From positions 95,852,001 to 95,916,000 of the forward strand of contig NC_083230.1 in assembly GCF_032191835.1 (NCBI RefSeq): DNA of 64,000 nucleotides, read 5' to 3'. This document shows positions 48,046 through 61,044 of the stretch, one piece after another (the first letter of the stretch is position 1; every line of letters starts with the position of its first letter). The notes under the pieces are model-generated. The model did no database searches, was not told where the DNA came from, and saw only the letters and a list, made by a program, of their open reading frames with translations. The position numbers were made by a program, and so were the translations under genes. This stretch comes from Heteronotia binoei (Eukaryota).

Positions 48046-48894
48046 GGGTATTATGCTGAAAATTCCAGAGGTCTTTTTTCAAAAGGAAGTTGCTAGTCCA
48101 AGCTTGGAAGTGTTTGCCCAGAGGCTGGTGAAAGAAACTGGCAAGTGGGGACAGTCCAATGATTAACAGATCTGAAGGAGATTTGTCTTATACTGAATCA
48201 GATCACTAGTCCATCAAAGTCAGTATTCTCTTCTCAGACTGAAAGCAGCTCTCCAAGGTCTCCAGTAAGGTCTTTCACACTACCTACTACCTCATCCTTT
48301 CAACTGGATATGCTGGGGATTGAACCTGGTACCTTCCGCATGCCAAGCATATGCTTTGTCACTGAACCCTGGTCCCTTCCCTCAGCATACCTCACTGGAT
48401 ATCCCCACAACCAGCAAAGGCACCAAAACCCACTCAAACTAAGTAAGCATATGCAACTTTTGCATAAAATTTACAGGCTTGCTGAATATAGGTGAGGAAT
48501 TTGGGCTGTCGATGCAGAATTTTGATTAAAAACTCCATTCCACAGATCTCATGGTTTCAAATTTGTACAAAACCCTTCTTAGGACTGAAGAGCTCAGTTC
48601 CATGGTAGTTCTGACATAAAACTCTGGAAATCACTCCCCCTCCATAAAAATAACCCAGGACAAACTATGCAAATGAAGCAGGTTTTAACCTGTTTGAAAA
48701 TAACCCAGAACAGACTATGCAAATGGAGCAGGTTTGAACATGCATGCTATAATTTATCTGGAAGCAGATTTCCTTGAGGCAGAACTTGGAATTTCTTGTT
48801 ATGCTGGAAATACATCCTGATTTATGTTTCATGTGTGCCTTTCCATACAATAAGACCTTTCTGAGAACCTGGCATTAAAGAGCATAGGCCTCAC

Positions 48895-49144
48895 CAGCCT
48901 TTTGTTATCCTGGGCATCAACTCTTTGCTTGCGTTCCATCAGCTGCTGGTCTCTCTGCCTGCGCTGCACCTTTAAAAACTCCAGCCTTTGACTCTCTTTG
49001 TTCTTTTCCTCCTCCCGCAAGCAGGATTCCTGCCTCATCTGCTCCTCTCTGGCAACCTGCAGCTTCGCCAGGCGCTGCTGGGCCCTCTCGCTGTTCTCTT
49101 GCTGCTTTTGTGAGCCTTGCAAGCTTCGCTGGAGCAATCGGTGC
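48895..49144 (-). CDS. vWA + DUF4537-like gene, exon J (coiled coil)
   Basis: gaaacag|G CAC; HRLLQRSLQGSQKQQENSERAQQRLAKLQVAREEQMRQE...DNKRL; CTG|gtgagg; 250 nt. Confidence 0.82.
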
Positions 49145-49998
49145 CTGTTTCCAGAAAGCATCAGAGGAAATGCTATACAAAGGAAAGCCCATCTTTTAGA
49201 CACAGTCAGTCTGAAAGGTGGGCTTTCTACCTTTTAGACATGGTCAGACAATGAAAACCAGTCATGTACCGAAGTGTTTCAATGTGCTGAACAAAATATT
49301 AACATACTGCCCTCTGCCTGCCTCTCAGCGCAGGGTGGATTGCAAGGTGGAACCTGGAAAGGGAATATAAAGTTTTGCTCCCATGTTTTGGGTAACAAAT
49401 TCATATCTGAAGTCTGCATTCTATACTAAGTTACATCAGACGGTTCATGGATCTTACCATACACAATTCCAAGAAACCACAGGTATAGAACCGTTTGACT
49501 GGAATTTGTGGGCGGAACTTCCCATGCCTTATATTGAATCAGATTATTGGTTTATCTTAGTCAGCATTGTCTACTAAGACTGGCAGCTATTCTCCAGGAT
49601 CTCAGGCACAGGAATTTTGCATTACCTATAACCTGACCCTTTCAACCATAGAGACCAGGGATTGAATCGGGGACCTTCTGCATGCCAAGCGATTCTCAAC
49701 CCCTGGACCATGACCCCTCCATGCAGGAAAGGCTTTCAACATTTTAATTTTATACTGATTGCCCTGGCTCCCACCTCTGCTTCTGGGCCCAGTTCAAAGT
49801 GCTTTTATAGGCTTTCATGCCCATCCTGGCCATAGGGACCTGGCTGTAGATTAAGAAGGATGGGCCCTGCCCTGTGATTTAGGCAAGGCTGAATGAGAGA
49901 AGTTACCTGATGAGCTTCATGCCTGAGGTGGAATTTGAATCTAGATCTCTTGAGTCCCAGTCTGGCACTCCAAGCCATTACATCAGTGGCACCATTAC

Positions 49999-50195
49999 CT
50001 TTTAATGTCACACAGCAGCTCTTTTTGGATGCATTCCTCCCGCTGCTTCTGCTCCTCTTTGAGCTGTCTCTGCTCTCGCTTCTGACGTCTGAACTCTATC
50101 CTCGCTGCTTCTCTTGGGCTATCCAGAGATGCTGCTGTCACTGGTACTCTCTGTGGGCGGAAAGGTCTCCAGAGTGGGACTGCTTTCTCCAAAGC
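49999..50195 (-). CDS. vWA + DUF4537-like gene, exon I (coiled coil)
   Basis: gtaaaag|GCT; ALEKAVPLWRPFRP...EFRRQKREQRQLKEEQKQREECIQKELLCDIK AG|gtaatg; 197 nt. Confidence 0.8.
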
Positions 50196-51104
50196 CTTTT
50201 ACAGCAAAGTAATACTGCACTCATCAAAATAGTTGGCCCTGGGTTTCAATAAGCATCGAATGGGCATTAAAAAAAAGTATCATTTACACTTTGCATTCTC
50301 CACTCATTTGCTTCCCAAAGCAGATTCTACATCTCACTTTTAAACCAAAAACCATAATGACAGTTAAAAGACACAAATGACCACTAAAAAACTCTACAGT
50401 GCTAAATCGATAGCAGCATTAAAACAGTAAAACAGTAGCTGCCATAAACAATATTAAAATAGAAACATTCTAAATAATAGCCACTTTCAGCCACAAATAT
50501 TGACAGCAAGCTAAACTAGCAAGGAAAGAGGGGGTGGGATTTAATGCACCACAGAATGCCTGGTTAAAATCATGCCTTTACTTGGTGCGGTAAACTTGGT
50601 AGATTTGAATATGGCTGATCACAGCGGCAAAGACATTTTATAGCCAAGTTGCCACAACAATCCAAACAGCCTGTCTTTAGTGGCCACCCACAATGAAGTA
50701 GGATGAGGACACACAAAACAGGGTCTCCATGGAAATAGGCAGTCAGGCTCACTTTGTGGGGAAGGGGAAGTACACAAATTGAAATAATAAATAAATAATG
50801 AAGGACATAGGCAGTCTTTCAAGCACTCTTGTCCCGGTCCTTTTTAGGCCTTTAAAGTAAAAACAGCATTTTTAAATTGTGTGTGGAAGTGAACTGGCAA
50901 CTCATACCATTCTTTCAACATTAGCAAGAGGCGTTCCCAGTAATTCACACCAGTTAGCAACTCTGCTGCTGCATTTTATGATATCTGAGGCTTCTGAACA
51001 GTCTTCAAGGGTAGCCCACACAGAGTGCATTACAGTAGTCTAACCCAGATGTGATCACAGCATGGACAAGCAGAGCCAAATTACTACAGGCAAGATATCC
51101 TTAC

Positions 51105-51304
51105 CTGTATGGCTGGTTCACTGTGACTTCTCCTCATATGCAAAACAGACTCAATAACAGACCTGTCTTCCTTCATTGACTGGTCCACCCAAACAAACGT
51201 AGCATCGACTTGAGGAATGGGTGCAATAAAGAGTTCCCAAGTACCTGGACGACTCTGGTGGAAAGGTTGGGCTGAAGCTTTATTCATGCTGGGCTGAGGA
51301 AAGA
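51105..51304 (-). CDS. vWA + DUF4537-like gene, exon H
   Basis: cataacag|TC TTT; FPQPSMNKASAQPF...VDQSMKEDRSVIESVLHMRRSHSEPAIQ; CAG|gtaagg; 200 nt. Phase 1 in, phase 0 out. Confidence 0.75.
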
Positions 51305-53367
51305 CTGTTATGCAAAGTAAAATTCATTATTAGGATGATGTTATTAAAAAGCAAAATCAAGCAGCAGATTTTATTTATTCCTTCTCAAGAGTGAGATAAT
51401 GTTGTCTCCCATACATTATCTTGCAAAGCAGCTCCATCAACTGAAATTCAGTACATGGTGCTGATGGCAGGGGCTATGGGTAAATAAAACCAAAAACAGA
51501 CACACAAGGGAAAGGAACAAGTGTCAAAAGGCAGAGTAAGGAACAAAGAGATAAGTCAGTAACAAGTGTTTCTTCCTTCTAGAGGTTTTTCCTCTGCCTT
51601 AGCTTCCAAACGGAAGTGCTTTTCTTTTCATTTTTGAGGGGGTGGGATTTTCCACATACTATAATTGTCCCATTTCCAGATTTTCCTTGTCCTTAAATAC
51701 ACTTCCCAAACCTGCTTTGCTCTGATCTTTTTTGAAAGTGCATACACCTTCTGGAAGGGATGGTCATATTTCTCTGCCCTGCCAAAGTCCCACCCACATC
51801 AATGCCATTTTCCCACCGTCAGCCCCTGCAGGGGCCATTCTCTCAGCATTTTCTTCCTGCTGTGCTATCAGAGGGCTTCTTGAGAGTTTAAAATTTGGTA
51901 ATTGTTGTAGTGTGATAATGATCTGTCACCACTTAACTACTCAAATTTTACTAAAATCGTTATAGCACAATCACTGCAGAGCATTTGTGGAAAGGAAAAG
52001 CTGGGGAGGAAGACAGAGGAAAGTGTGCAGAAAACTCCCATGGGTAGAAGGTCCATCACTAATGTACATGCAGCGCCTCTGTTATTTGCAGTGGTGATGA
52101 AGGCAACACATAATCCTCACTGTGCAGAAGCAGCCAAGCATTCACAGTTAATGGGGGTCAGGCCAATTCTTCCTTGCTGGGCCCTAGTACAACTAACCAG
52201 TGGCCCTTGGCCACTTGCTATCAGTCCCCTTGCTCTCAGTCCCACTGATAAGCCAGTACACATGCAAGAGGCTTCAGTAACCAGAATGGTGAACATTTCT
52301 AAAGAGACTTTCCTAGAACTGTCTTGGCCTATATTAAACAACAAGAAGAAAGGTGTGTTTTCTGTGCATTGCCATGTTTATTATTCTCTTGGTGGAATTT
52401 TTATCAGTTACCATGAGCATCCTTAGCAATAGTTCAGCAGCACCAATTTTCCCTAGAGGCAGAAATATCTCCCCCTTTCTGCTTCAGAAAAGGGAGCATG
52501 TTTGTTCATAACAACATGATGCATACCATGGTCTTCAATGGCAACACTGTGATGCCAGCATGTATAATGGTGAGAATGTTGGATTAGAATCTGGGATACT
52601 ATATACCTTACTTTGCTATAAAGATGACTGCCTGGACCGGTCAGGATTGTTGTGACAACAGAACAAGGAAGAGAGAACCGAATGCGCTGCAATGAGTTTC
52701 ATGAAGGAAGGGGGCGGGGGAAGGGCAGAATCTACCAGATAGTTTGATAGAACATCTTTGGCAATACAAATGATGCCCGTAAAAAGCTGGACGGGCAGGA
52801 AAAAGCTGGATCGGCAGCTCAAATGCTGGGATTGCAAACTGTAAGGTATACAAGAGCAGCCATGCATCTGATGGGTAATGGGAGACAATGTACTACCTAT
52901 GGCAGGGCTGACCTAGGCTGAAGAAGATAGCCTAGTGCTTGTAAACTGCATCAGAGGAAGAATGACTGTCTCTGCTCTTCTCCAAGGAGCCTAGAAAGGG
53001 ACAGCCAGTGCTACCCAAGGTATCACTAGCAGAATGCCTGCCTGCAGTTACTAAAACTCTTGTTCAGCTGCAGGTAACTGGAGGCTTATCCAGTCTCAGG
53101 GTCTTCTGAAAGGAAGAGGTAAGGCTGCAGATTAATTGGGAGGAGAGTGTTGGGGAAAGGCCGTCCCCTTCTAAGGCAGGAACTATAAGGAGAGGAAGGC
53201 TAAAGTAAAACCACAGACAGGGCTTGAGAGCAAGGATGTGGACTCTCAAGGACAAAAACAGAGGAGCCTGGGCAATCTGTCATGTCTGTCACCCTGTGAA
53301 TATGCTGGTATTTCAAGGCCTGTGTTTCATCTTACCAGCTGACTAGTATATAATTTCAATACCTCTC

Positions 53368-53646
53368 TGAGAGTCAGTTTGGTGTAGTGGTTAAATGTGC
53401 GGACTCTTATCTGGGAGAACCAGGTTTGATTCCCCACTCCTCCACTTGCACCTGCTGGAATGGCCTTGGGTCAGCCATAGCTCTGGCAGAGGTTGTCCTT
53501 GAAAGGGCAGCTGCTGTGAGAGCCCTCTCAGCCCCACCCACCTCACAGGGTGTCTGTTGTGGGGGAGGGAGATAAAGGCGATTGTGAGCCATTCTGAGAC
53601 TCTTCAGAGTGAAGGGTGGGATATAAATCCAATATCTTCTTCTTCA
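53368..53646 (+). mobile_element. Squam3-like SINE, near-consensus copy
   Basis: Full head-to-tail copy with tcttcttcttc tail. Confidence 0.85.
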
Positions 53647-53685
53647 CCATCTTGAAAGTAAGCAGAAAGCCCCAGATCTGCCTAC

Positions 53686-53791
53686 CTTCCAGTTCTTGCC
53701 AAGGTGTGCACTTGTCTGTGTTGACAGCTACATCATCTCTGGTGCCAGTGCCTTCTCTTGGATCTTCTGAAGCGCTCTCCTTCTGATGAGT
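53686..53791 (-). CDS. vWA + DUF4537-like gene, exon G
   Basis: ttccacag|ACT; THQKESASEDPREGTGTRDDVAVNTDKCTPWQELE G|gtaggc; 106 nt. Phase consistent. Confidence 0.75.
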
Positions 53792-53913
53792 CTGTGGAAA
53801 TCAGAAAAGAACCCCAAAATGGAATGGGACAGTGATGGATGTGCTGTAATTTGCCCCAGTGCTGTTGAGTTGTGTGGGAAAGATCTTGTACAGCACTAGA
53901 CGAGTTTCTACAG

Positions 53914-54181
53914 CAGGGGTGGCCAAACTGGCTCGGGATGTGGCTCTTTCACACATACTGTATGTGGCTCTTGAGCCCCTACCATCCTGTTGGCCAGATG
54001 TCTCTAGATCACTTCTTCAAGTGCATTGGAGAATAAATTTAAAGTTAAAGTTTTCCACCTCTCCCCCATTTATTTATTTTCCTTCCTTCCTCCCTACATC
54101 TGATGTCCATGTCTTGTGGCTCTCAAACATCTGGCAATTATTCTATGTAGCTTCTACATTAAGCAAGTTTGGCCACTCCTG
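53914..54181. mobile_element. hAT MITE (opposite orientation)
   Basis: TIRs caggggtggccaaac / gtttggccactcctg; imperfect TSD ttctacag / ttacacag. Confidence 0.8.
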
Positions 54182-54309
54182 TTACACAGTATTTTGGTAT
54201 GTTTATGGAAGTCTCTCATTCATAAACATATTTACCAGATGTTAACAGGTCATGAATGATGACCTGTTGTAATTGTAAGAACACAGGTCAAGTCTGCATA
54301 ATATTGTAC

Positions 54310-54866
54310 CTTGTTGGATATTGCAGCTTTGGTCTCTGACTCTTTACAGGATATTAAGTCTGCCACATTCTTCTTTTCCTTTGGCTTCCTGCTCTCTTTG
54401 TTCTCACTGTCTTCCAAAACGAACAGTCTCCCCCTGGCCAGCTGTTCTTCTACCTTCCTATTCAGTTCTTCCTTGGTCATGTCATTTCCTGGAATCAAGA
54501 AATCTTCTGGCTGAGCCAAAGTTATCGGGGAGCTAATACATTCCCAAGCTGGGGGGCAGAAATGCCAAAGGGGCACTTGGGGAGAAAAGTGGGTAGTGCT
54601 GACATGGGGGACCTTTGAAGCATCGCTCCAACCACTGCAATCCAAATGGCTGTGCCAGCAAGCTCCTGACGCTCGGTAACCCGGTGGCACAGTGTAGGGA
54701 TAATTTGGGTTTTGCTCCACCAACATCTGCCTGGCTGCTAATGGCATCTGGAGCTCCAGGATGATGCGTTCGCTCAGAGGAAGAGGGATCTTCACAGCAA
54801 TATCTGAGGGCACTTTCTTTGTCTTACCGTTCCAGAAATTTACCAGCACTTCACTGTTTTTAAAGG
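54310..54866 (-). CDS. vWA + DUF4537-like gene, exon F
   Basis: tctttgcag|CC TTT; EVLVNFWNGKTKKVPSDIAVKIPLPLSERIILELQMPLAARQMLVEQNPNYPYTVPPGYRASG...MTKEELNRKVEEQL...; AAG|gtacaa; 557 nt. Confidence 0.87.
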
Positions 54867-55631
54867 CTGCAAAGAGAAATGGGAGAGGGGGGACCACCTT
54901 TAGAAGCAGGCACAATCCACCTTCTCTTTTCTAATATGACACTGGCCCCTGAAGCTCTGTGGAATCCTACCTGAGCCAAGCAGGTTCCCCCTGTATGCGT
55001 AACCCTGTGGATGCCTTTCGTCAGTAAATGGAGCAGTTCAGAAGTTCTCATTGGCAAGTGGGGCGGATCTAGATCAGCTGTACCCTAAGGTGCATAAAGG
55101 GGGCAGGTTTTCTATCCTTGTGCCTTTAGGGTGTGGTTTGAGGCAGGGTGGGGAGACAGGAAGAGGGGGAGGAGGGGACTGGATTTATACCCCGCCCTTC
55201 ACTTGGAGTCTCAGAGCGGCTTACAATCTCCTTTCCCTTCCTCTCCCCACAACAGACACCCTGTGAGGTAGGTGGGACTGAGAGAACTCTGACAGAACTG
55301 CTCTTAAGAGAACAACTCTGAGTAAAGTAGTAAAGTAAAGTAAATTTATTTTTATATCCCGCCCTCCCCCGCCAAAGGCGGACTCAGGGCGGCTCACAGA
55401 CATGGAATACCATGATTTGGATAAAATACAATGTAAACAACAATTAAAATACAATTCAGTTACATGTTAATTAAAATGGGAGAACTTGTGACTGACCCAA
55501 GGTCACCCAGCTGGCTTGAAGTGGAGGAGTGGGGAATCAAACTCGGTTCTCCCAAATTAGAGTCCGCCGCTCTTACTCACTACACAAAACTGGATCTCTA
55601 TCTGTCTGCAAAGGGACACCAGCAGCAGTAC

Positions 55632-55863
55632 CTGAATGAGACGAGTCAGTCTCTGTGACCTGAAGGGCAGTGCCTGGGCCGTATCGTTCACCCTTCTTCT
55701 CCCATGGCGCCAGGACTCTGTCTCCCACAGCCACTGGCTGCCACCTGCCATCCTCATGATGGACGACATCATAGAGTGGTGTTTCTTGCATGCGAAAGTC
55801 AGCTTTAACTTTGGGAGCCTTTTTGGATCTCTCGAACTCAATTAGAATGTGTCCTCTAGAGCC
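55632..55863 (-). CDS. vWA + DUF4537-like gene, exon E
   Basis: ctcacag|GGC; GSRGHILIEFERSKK...VAVGDRVLAPWEKKGERYGPGTAL...HS G|gtactg; 232 nt. GDxVLAPWE...YGPG motif as in C11orf16/VWA3B. Confidence 0.85.
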
Positions 55864-56092
55864 CTGTGAGATGAAGTCACAGACCCTGCAAGTAACATAT
55901 GCTGTTCTGCCTTAAAATTAATGCAACAAAACAATCAAAATGGAACCAGTGTTACTTGCAGGGCAATCCCAAGCATCACACCCATCAAAGTCTATTGAAG
56001 TGAATGGGCTTTGAGGGTGTCACTGTGCCAAGGTCTGTGCTGTTCACCCAGCAGCCAGCACCATTTGGGGCAGATCAGATCAGACCTGGGAT

Positions 56093-56284
56093 CAGTGTTC
56101 TCTCAAAGCTGAGTCAGTGTGAGCCAGCTCACAGATTTTTAGCCTCCACTCACAGATTTTTGTCTTAGCTCAGGAAGGATGACCCTAGAGCACACTAATT
56201 GATGCAGTATCTCACAACTTTAACACCAGTAGCTCACAAAGTAGAATTTTTGCTCACAGGACTGTGCAGCTTAGCGGAACATTG
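56093..56284. mobile_element. hAT MITE family 2 (TIR CAGTGTTCCCTCTAAG)
   Basis: Perfect 8-bp TSD cctgggat. Siblings at 15085-15278 and 46003-46171. Confidence 0.85.
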
Positions 56285-57371
56285 CCTGGGATCAATTCAT
56301 TTACTTCGTTTGCACCCCACCTCTCTCTCCAGTGGGGACCCAGAAAGGCTTACCCTGTCCTCCTCTCCTCCACTTTATACTCATGACAATCCTACAAGGG
56401 AGGTTTAGCTGAGAGAATATGACTGGCCCAAGGTCACCCACTGAGTTTCCAGGGCACTAGTGGAGATTCGAACCTGGGTCTCCCAGATCCTAGTCTTAAC
56501 AGCTTGGGGGGCATTTTAGGGTGCAGTGGAAGTGGGGAGGTGAGATAATTGTGCTCCACAGGAAACAATTCTTCTGCCTATGGAATCACTCTGCCCAAGC
56601 CAAAAAGCCCAAGTCAAAACGTTTTACACCCAAATGAATGTTCTGTTTTCCAAAGTAAATGTAAAACATTCCATTGGAGATGTTTGTTATTTGCTTCAGC
56701 GCTAGTTAAAGCTTTGGCCACTGAGAAGCTTTGCTAGTGCTTGAAACTACATCAGGGTTGACACGACATGGTGCTGAACTCAGTGGTAATCTGGGAAGCC
56801 ACCTGAAGTAAACAAGCTATATCAGCTCTCTTTCCAATTGTGTGGATCTCTGCGAAACCTTATCTGTTTGAATGCAGGGAAAGGAGTCAGCTAGTGGCTG
56901 TTACCACCGGATCAGGGAAAGCAGTTCAGGCTCTCCCCTCACCCACAAAATTGTTCAAAAGTAGTTGAGAGAAGGGTATAGAAACAGGTCATCCATGACT
57001 GACCTTCTGTTTTTACCAGTATTTGCAAATGGCCAGATTTTCATCAGCCTGGATACCATAGTCTCTACGAAAGTGTTCACTTTCTAGAGCTAAGTAATGT
57101 TGACTAGCCCAATCAGTAAGTCTTTGGCCTCTGTGCCCTGCTTGTGGACTTCCCAGGAGCATCTGATTGGCTGCTGCAGGAAGCCAGGATGGTGAATGAG
57201 GTGGCCCACTGGTCTGATCTAGCAGAGCTCTGCTTTTGTTCTTGAATAAGGCACCCAAGAGCTAGACAGAGTAACATTTATTACATCTTTTGAGCTCCCC
57301 AAAGGATGATCAGAGGAGATACAATGAATATGTATCAGAGACAGATGCCCCCAAATAAATGTCAAATCCAG

Positions 57372-59775
57372 AGATAAGATAAGATAAATTTATTTTTTAT
57401 ATCCCGCCCTCCCCTGCCAAAGGCGGGCTCAGGGCGGCTCACGGACATGGAAGACCATGATATGCATGAAATACAATATAAATGAACAATTTTAAAATTA
57501 CAATTCAGTTAAAATACAGTTACTTGATTAATTAATTAAATAGATAAAACAGGTGCTATAAAGTGCTACAGATCACAATCATGGACAAGATGGCTGGATG
57601 GGTACAGATCCGTTTAGCCAGGTTCTGTCTCAAAAGCAAGTTGAAACAGAGAGGTTTTGCAAGCCCTGCGGAACTGATTCAGGTCCCGCAGGGCTCGCAC
57701 CATCTCTGGAAGTTGATTCCACCATCGGGGGGCCATTGCTGAAAAGGCTTGCTCTCTAGTTGTCTTCAGTCTAGCCTCTTTTGGCCCAGGGATTTTTAAA
57801 AGGTTTTGAGAGCTAGATCTCAGTGCTCTCTGGGGAACATATGGGGAGAGGCGGTCCCTAAGGTAGGCAGGTCCTCGGCCATGTAGGGCTTTAAAGGTGA
57901 TAACCAGCACCTTATAGCGAACACGGTACACAACCGGCAGCCAGTGCAGATCCCGCAGCCCAGGCCGCACGTGTTCCCACCGAGGTAGTCCCATCAGCAG
58001 CCTGGCTGCCGCGTTCTGCACTACCTGGAGTTTCCGTGTTCGGTATAAGGGCAGCCCCATGTAGAGGGCATTGCAGTAGTCTAATCTCGAGGTGACCGTT
58101 GCGTGGATCACAGTTGCTAGGTCGCTGCGTTCCAAGAAGGGAGCCAACTGCCTCGCCCTCTTAAGGTGAAAGAAGGCGGCTCTAGCAGTGGCAGCTATCT
58201 GGGCCTCCATTGATAAAGAGGACTCTAGTAGCACTCCCAGGCTCTTGACCATGCGCCCTGGTATCAGTGGCGCACCATCAAAAACCGGTAGGGTGACCTC
58301 CCCTCCCAGTCCGCCGCGGCCCACACAAAGGACCTCAGTCTTCGCCGAGTTCAACTTCAGCCCACTCAGCCTGAGCCAGTCAGCCACGGCTTGCAACGCC
58401 CGGTCCAGGTTTATAGGGACATCACCAGTCCGGTCATCCATCAATAGATAGAGCTGGGTATCATCAGCGTACTGATGACAACCAAGCCCGTACCTCCGTG
58501 CAATCTGGGCAAGGGGGCGCATAAAGATGTTGAACAACATCGGGGAGAGAACTGCCCCCTGAGGCACCCCACAATGAAGTGGGTGTCTCTGAGAGAGCTC
58601 CCCCACAATTGCCACCCTCTGTCCCCGACCTTCAAGGAAGGAGGAGAGCCACTGTAAGGCTAGCCCCCGAATTCCTGCGTCGGCGAGGCAGCGAGACAGC
58701 AGCTGATGATCGACCACATCGAACGCAGCCGATAGGTCTAACAGCAGCAGTACTGCCGAGCCGCCTCGGTCCAGTTGTCGCCGGAGGTCATCCATGAGGG
58801 CGACCAAGACTGTTTCTGTCCCATGGCCCGGGCGAAAGCCGAACTGGCATGGGTCTAGGACGGAAGCGTCCTCCAAAAACTCCTGTAACTGCAACGCCAC
58901 ACAGCCCTCTCGATAATTTTGCCCAAAAAGGGCAAATTTGAGACCGGTCGATAGTGTGCCAATTCGGCCAGGTCTGATGTAACTTTTTTCAAGAGAGGGC
59001 GGACCACTGCCTCTTTCAGGGATGTTGGAAAAACACCCTCTGAAAGGGAACGATTTATGATGTCCCGTATAGGACATCTTAGTTCCTCCTGGCAGGCTTT
59101 AATTAGCCAGGAGGGACATGGGTCCAGATCGCAAGTTGTGGATCGTGCAGTGCCAAGAATTCTGTCGACTTCCTCCAAGCTGAGCGGGTCGAAGCAATCC
59201 AGAGTTCAATCAGAAGACACGCATTGGGCCTCGAGTTCACTTACTGCATCTAAATTGGCAGGGCAGTCGTGGCGGAGCGATTGGACCTTATCTGCAAAGA
59301 ATTTCGCAAAAGCCTCACAGCCTATCTCCAATTCCTTAACTTTTGAATTGCCCTGTGGCAATGTTGTAAGATTCCGAATTATTCTAAATAATTGAGCCAG
59401 GCGCGAATTTGCAGATGCAATCTTAGCTGCAAAGAATGTTTTCTTTGCGGTCTTGACTGCCATCTCATAGGACTTCATAAACTTCCTATAAGATGTTCTA
59501 GTCGCTTCGTCGCGGGTACGCCGCCATTGCCTCTCTAGCCGTCTGAGACCTTGTTTCAGCTGGCGTAATTCCGGGGTATACCACGGGGCCAGCCTAGTCC
59601 GAGGTCGCAGAGGGCGTCGAGGTGCGATCTCCTCGATGGCCCTAGAGAGCCGGCTATTCCAAGTCTCAACTAGGCCATCGAGAGAGTCGCCAGAGGGCCA
59701 GGGATCCCGCAGGGCCATCTGGAACCGTTCCGGATCCATTTGGCTCCGTGACTGAGACCTGGATCCGGGAGGGGT
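57372..59775 (-). mobile_element. 5'-truncated L2-clade LINE, relatively young, two frameshifts
   Basis: ORF2 pieces in three frames. RT motifs QFGFRPGHGTET, LLDLSAAFDVVDH, GVPQGAVLSP, QYADDTQLY, SRLDYCN, LHWLP. 3' tail gtgagccgccctgagcccgcc...gggcgggatataaaaaataaa(ttatc)n. CpGs largely retained. Confidence 0.93.
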
Positions 59776-59808
59776 GCTCCCACACTTTGTTTCCTTAAAT
59801 ACACTTAC

Positions 59809-59986
59809 CTCCATGTGTTGGATGATGTGACCTCGATAGAAATATCCATCTATCTTTTTTCTGGCTAGGACTTGGATGCCCCTCTGCAAGTCATTAATTT
59901 TCAGGTGCCAGTCCTTGAAATCCTCCTTTGCAGCGTTGCTCAGCAGCATGTGAGGAGAACCAAGGCTCCATACACCCAAAGGACAG
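59809..59986 (-). CDS. vWA + DUF4537-like gene, exon D
   Basis: atctgcag|C TGT CCT; ...IQVLARKKIDGYFYRGHIIQHME; GAG|gtaagt; 178 nt. VLAR..DG..Y.G motif of Tudor-like DUF4537. Confidence 0.85.
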
Positions 59987-60018
59987 CTGCAGATACAGAA
60001 AAGGGACATGTTCTAGAA

Positions 60019-60291
60019 CAGGGGTGGCCAAACTTACTTAATGTAAGAGCCACATAGAATAAACACCAGGTGTTTGAGAGCTGCAAAACATGAATGTCAG
60101 GGAGGGAAGGAGGGGTGGAAAGAAAGCAACTTTAAATGCATTTTCCAAGATGCTGGCTGGCTTGGAGAAGTGATTTAAAGAGACAAATGCCTTCTCCAAG
60201 CCAGCCAACAGAATGGTGGGCACTTCGAGAGCCATGCTATACATGTGAAAGAGCCACATGTGGCTCCTGAGCTGCAGTTTGGCCATCTCTG
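60019..60291. mobile_element. hAT MITE
   Basis: TSD ttctagaa / ttctagga. Confidence 0.83.
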
Positions 60292-60449
60292 TTCTAGGAA
60301 GACTAAAACTCTAGACAACTGGGTTTGCGCAGATTAATATGAATCAAGCACAGCAAAGAAACGCAAAAACGATCGGTTCTTCACAGTACCCACTCAATGA
60401 TTAGCAAGACAATCAATTCATCTAAAAGATCCACAGTCCTTAAACTTAC

Positions 60450-60547
60450 CCTGCAGTGGTATGGTGACATGCTGGATGAGAGGAGAAGCTGCAGTGCTTA
60501 TTGATGCAATCAGGGTGGTGAATGCTTGCCACGCCTCCAGGATTAAT
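60450..60547 (-). CDS. vWA + DUF4537-like gene, exon C
   Basis: ctttctag|ATTAAT...; INPGGVASIHHPDCINKHCSFSSHPACHHTTA; GG|gtaagt; 98 nt. Phase 0 in, phase 2 out, matching both neighbours. Confidence 0.75.
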
Positions 60548-61044
60548 CTAGAAAGAAGACTGCAGAATCATGGGATGTGCCACCTAATCTGGGACCTTGT
60601 GACCTTTCAGTCTTTCTCAACAACTGGGCTCTCTAAAGCTGGCTCACACATGCATGCCCATCAATGCCATTGACTGCTTTTTTATACAGGCCTTCCTCTA
60701 AGGACTTCAGTTTGGCATATCCACTTTCTCTTCAACACAACCATGTGCGTTTGGTTAGACTGAGAGAGGGGGAAACTGACCCAAGGGCATCCAGCAAGCT
60801 TCCATGGTAGAGCAGGCATTAGGACCTGGGTGTCCTAGGTCCTAATCAGGCTCTCAAACCACTATATCACACTGACCTTTGTAACAGCTTGTATGTGGCA
60901 TAAAAGATCATGCAATGATCTGCAGGTATGAATGAGTCTTCATAACTCTCCTGCCACAGAGACAACTATCATGTTGCCAAATACATTCTCAAACACAGTA
61001 ATTTTCAATGAACCCAACTAAGCAATGTATTTGCATGCACAAAC

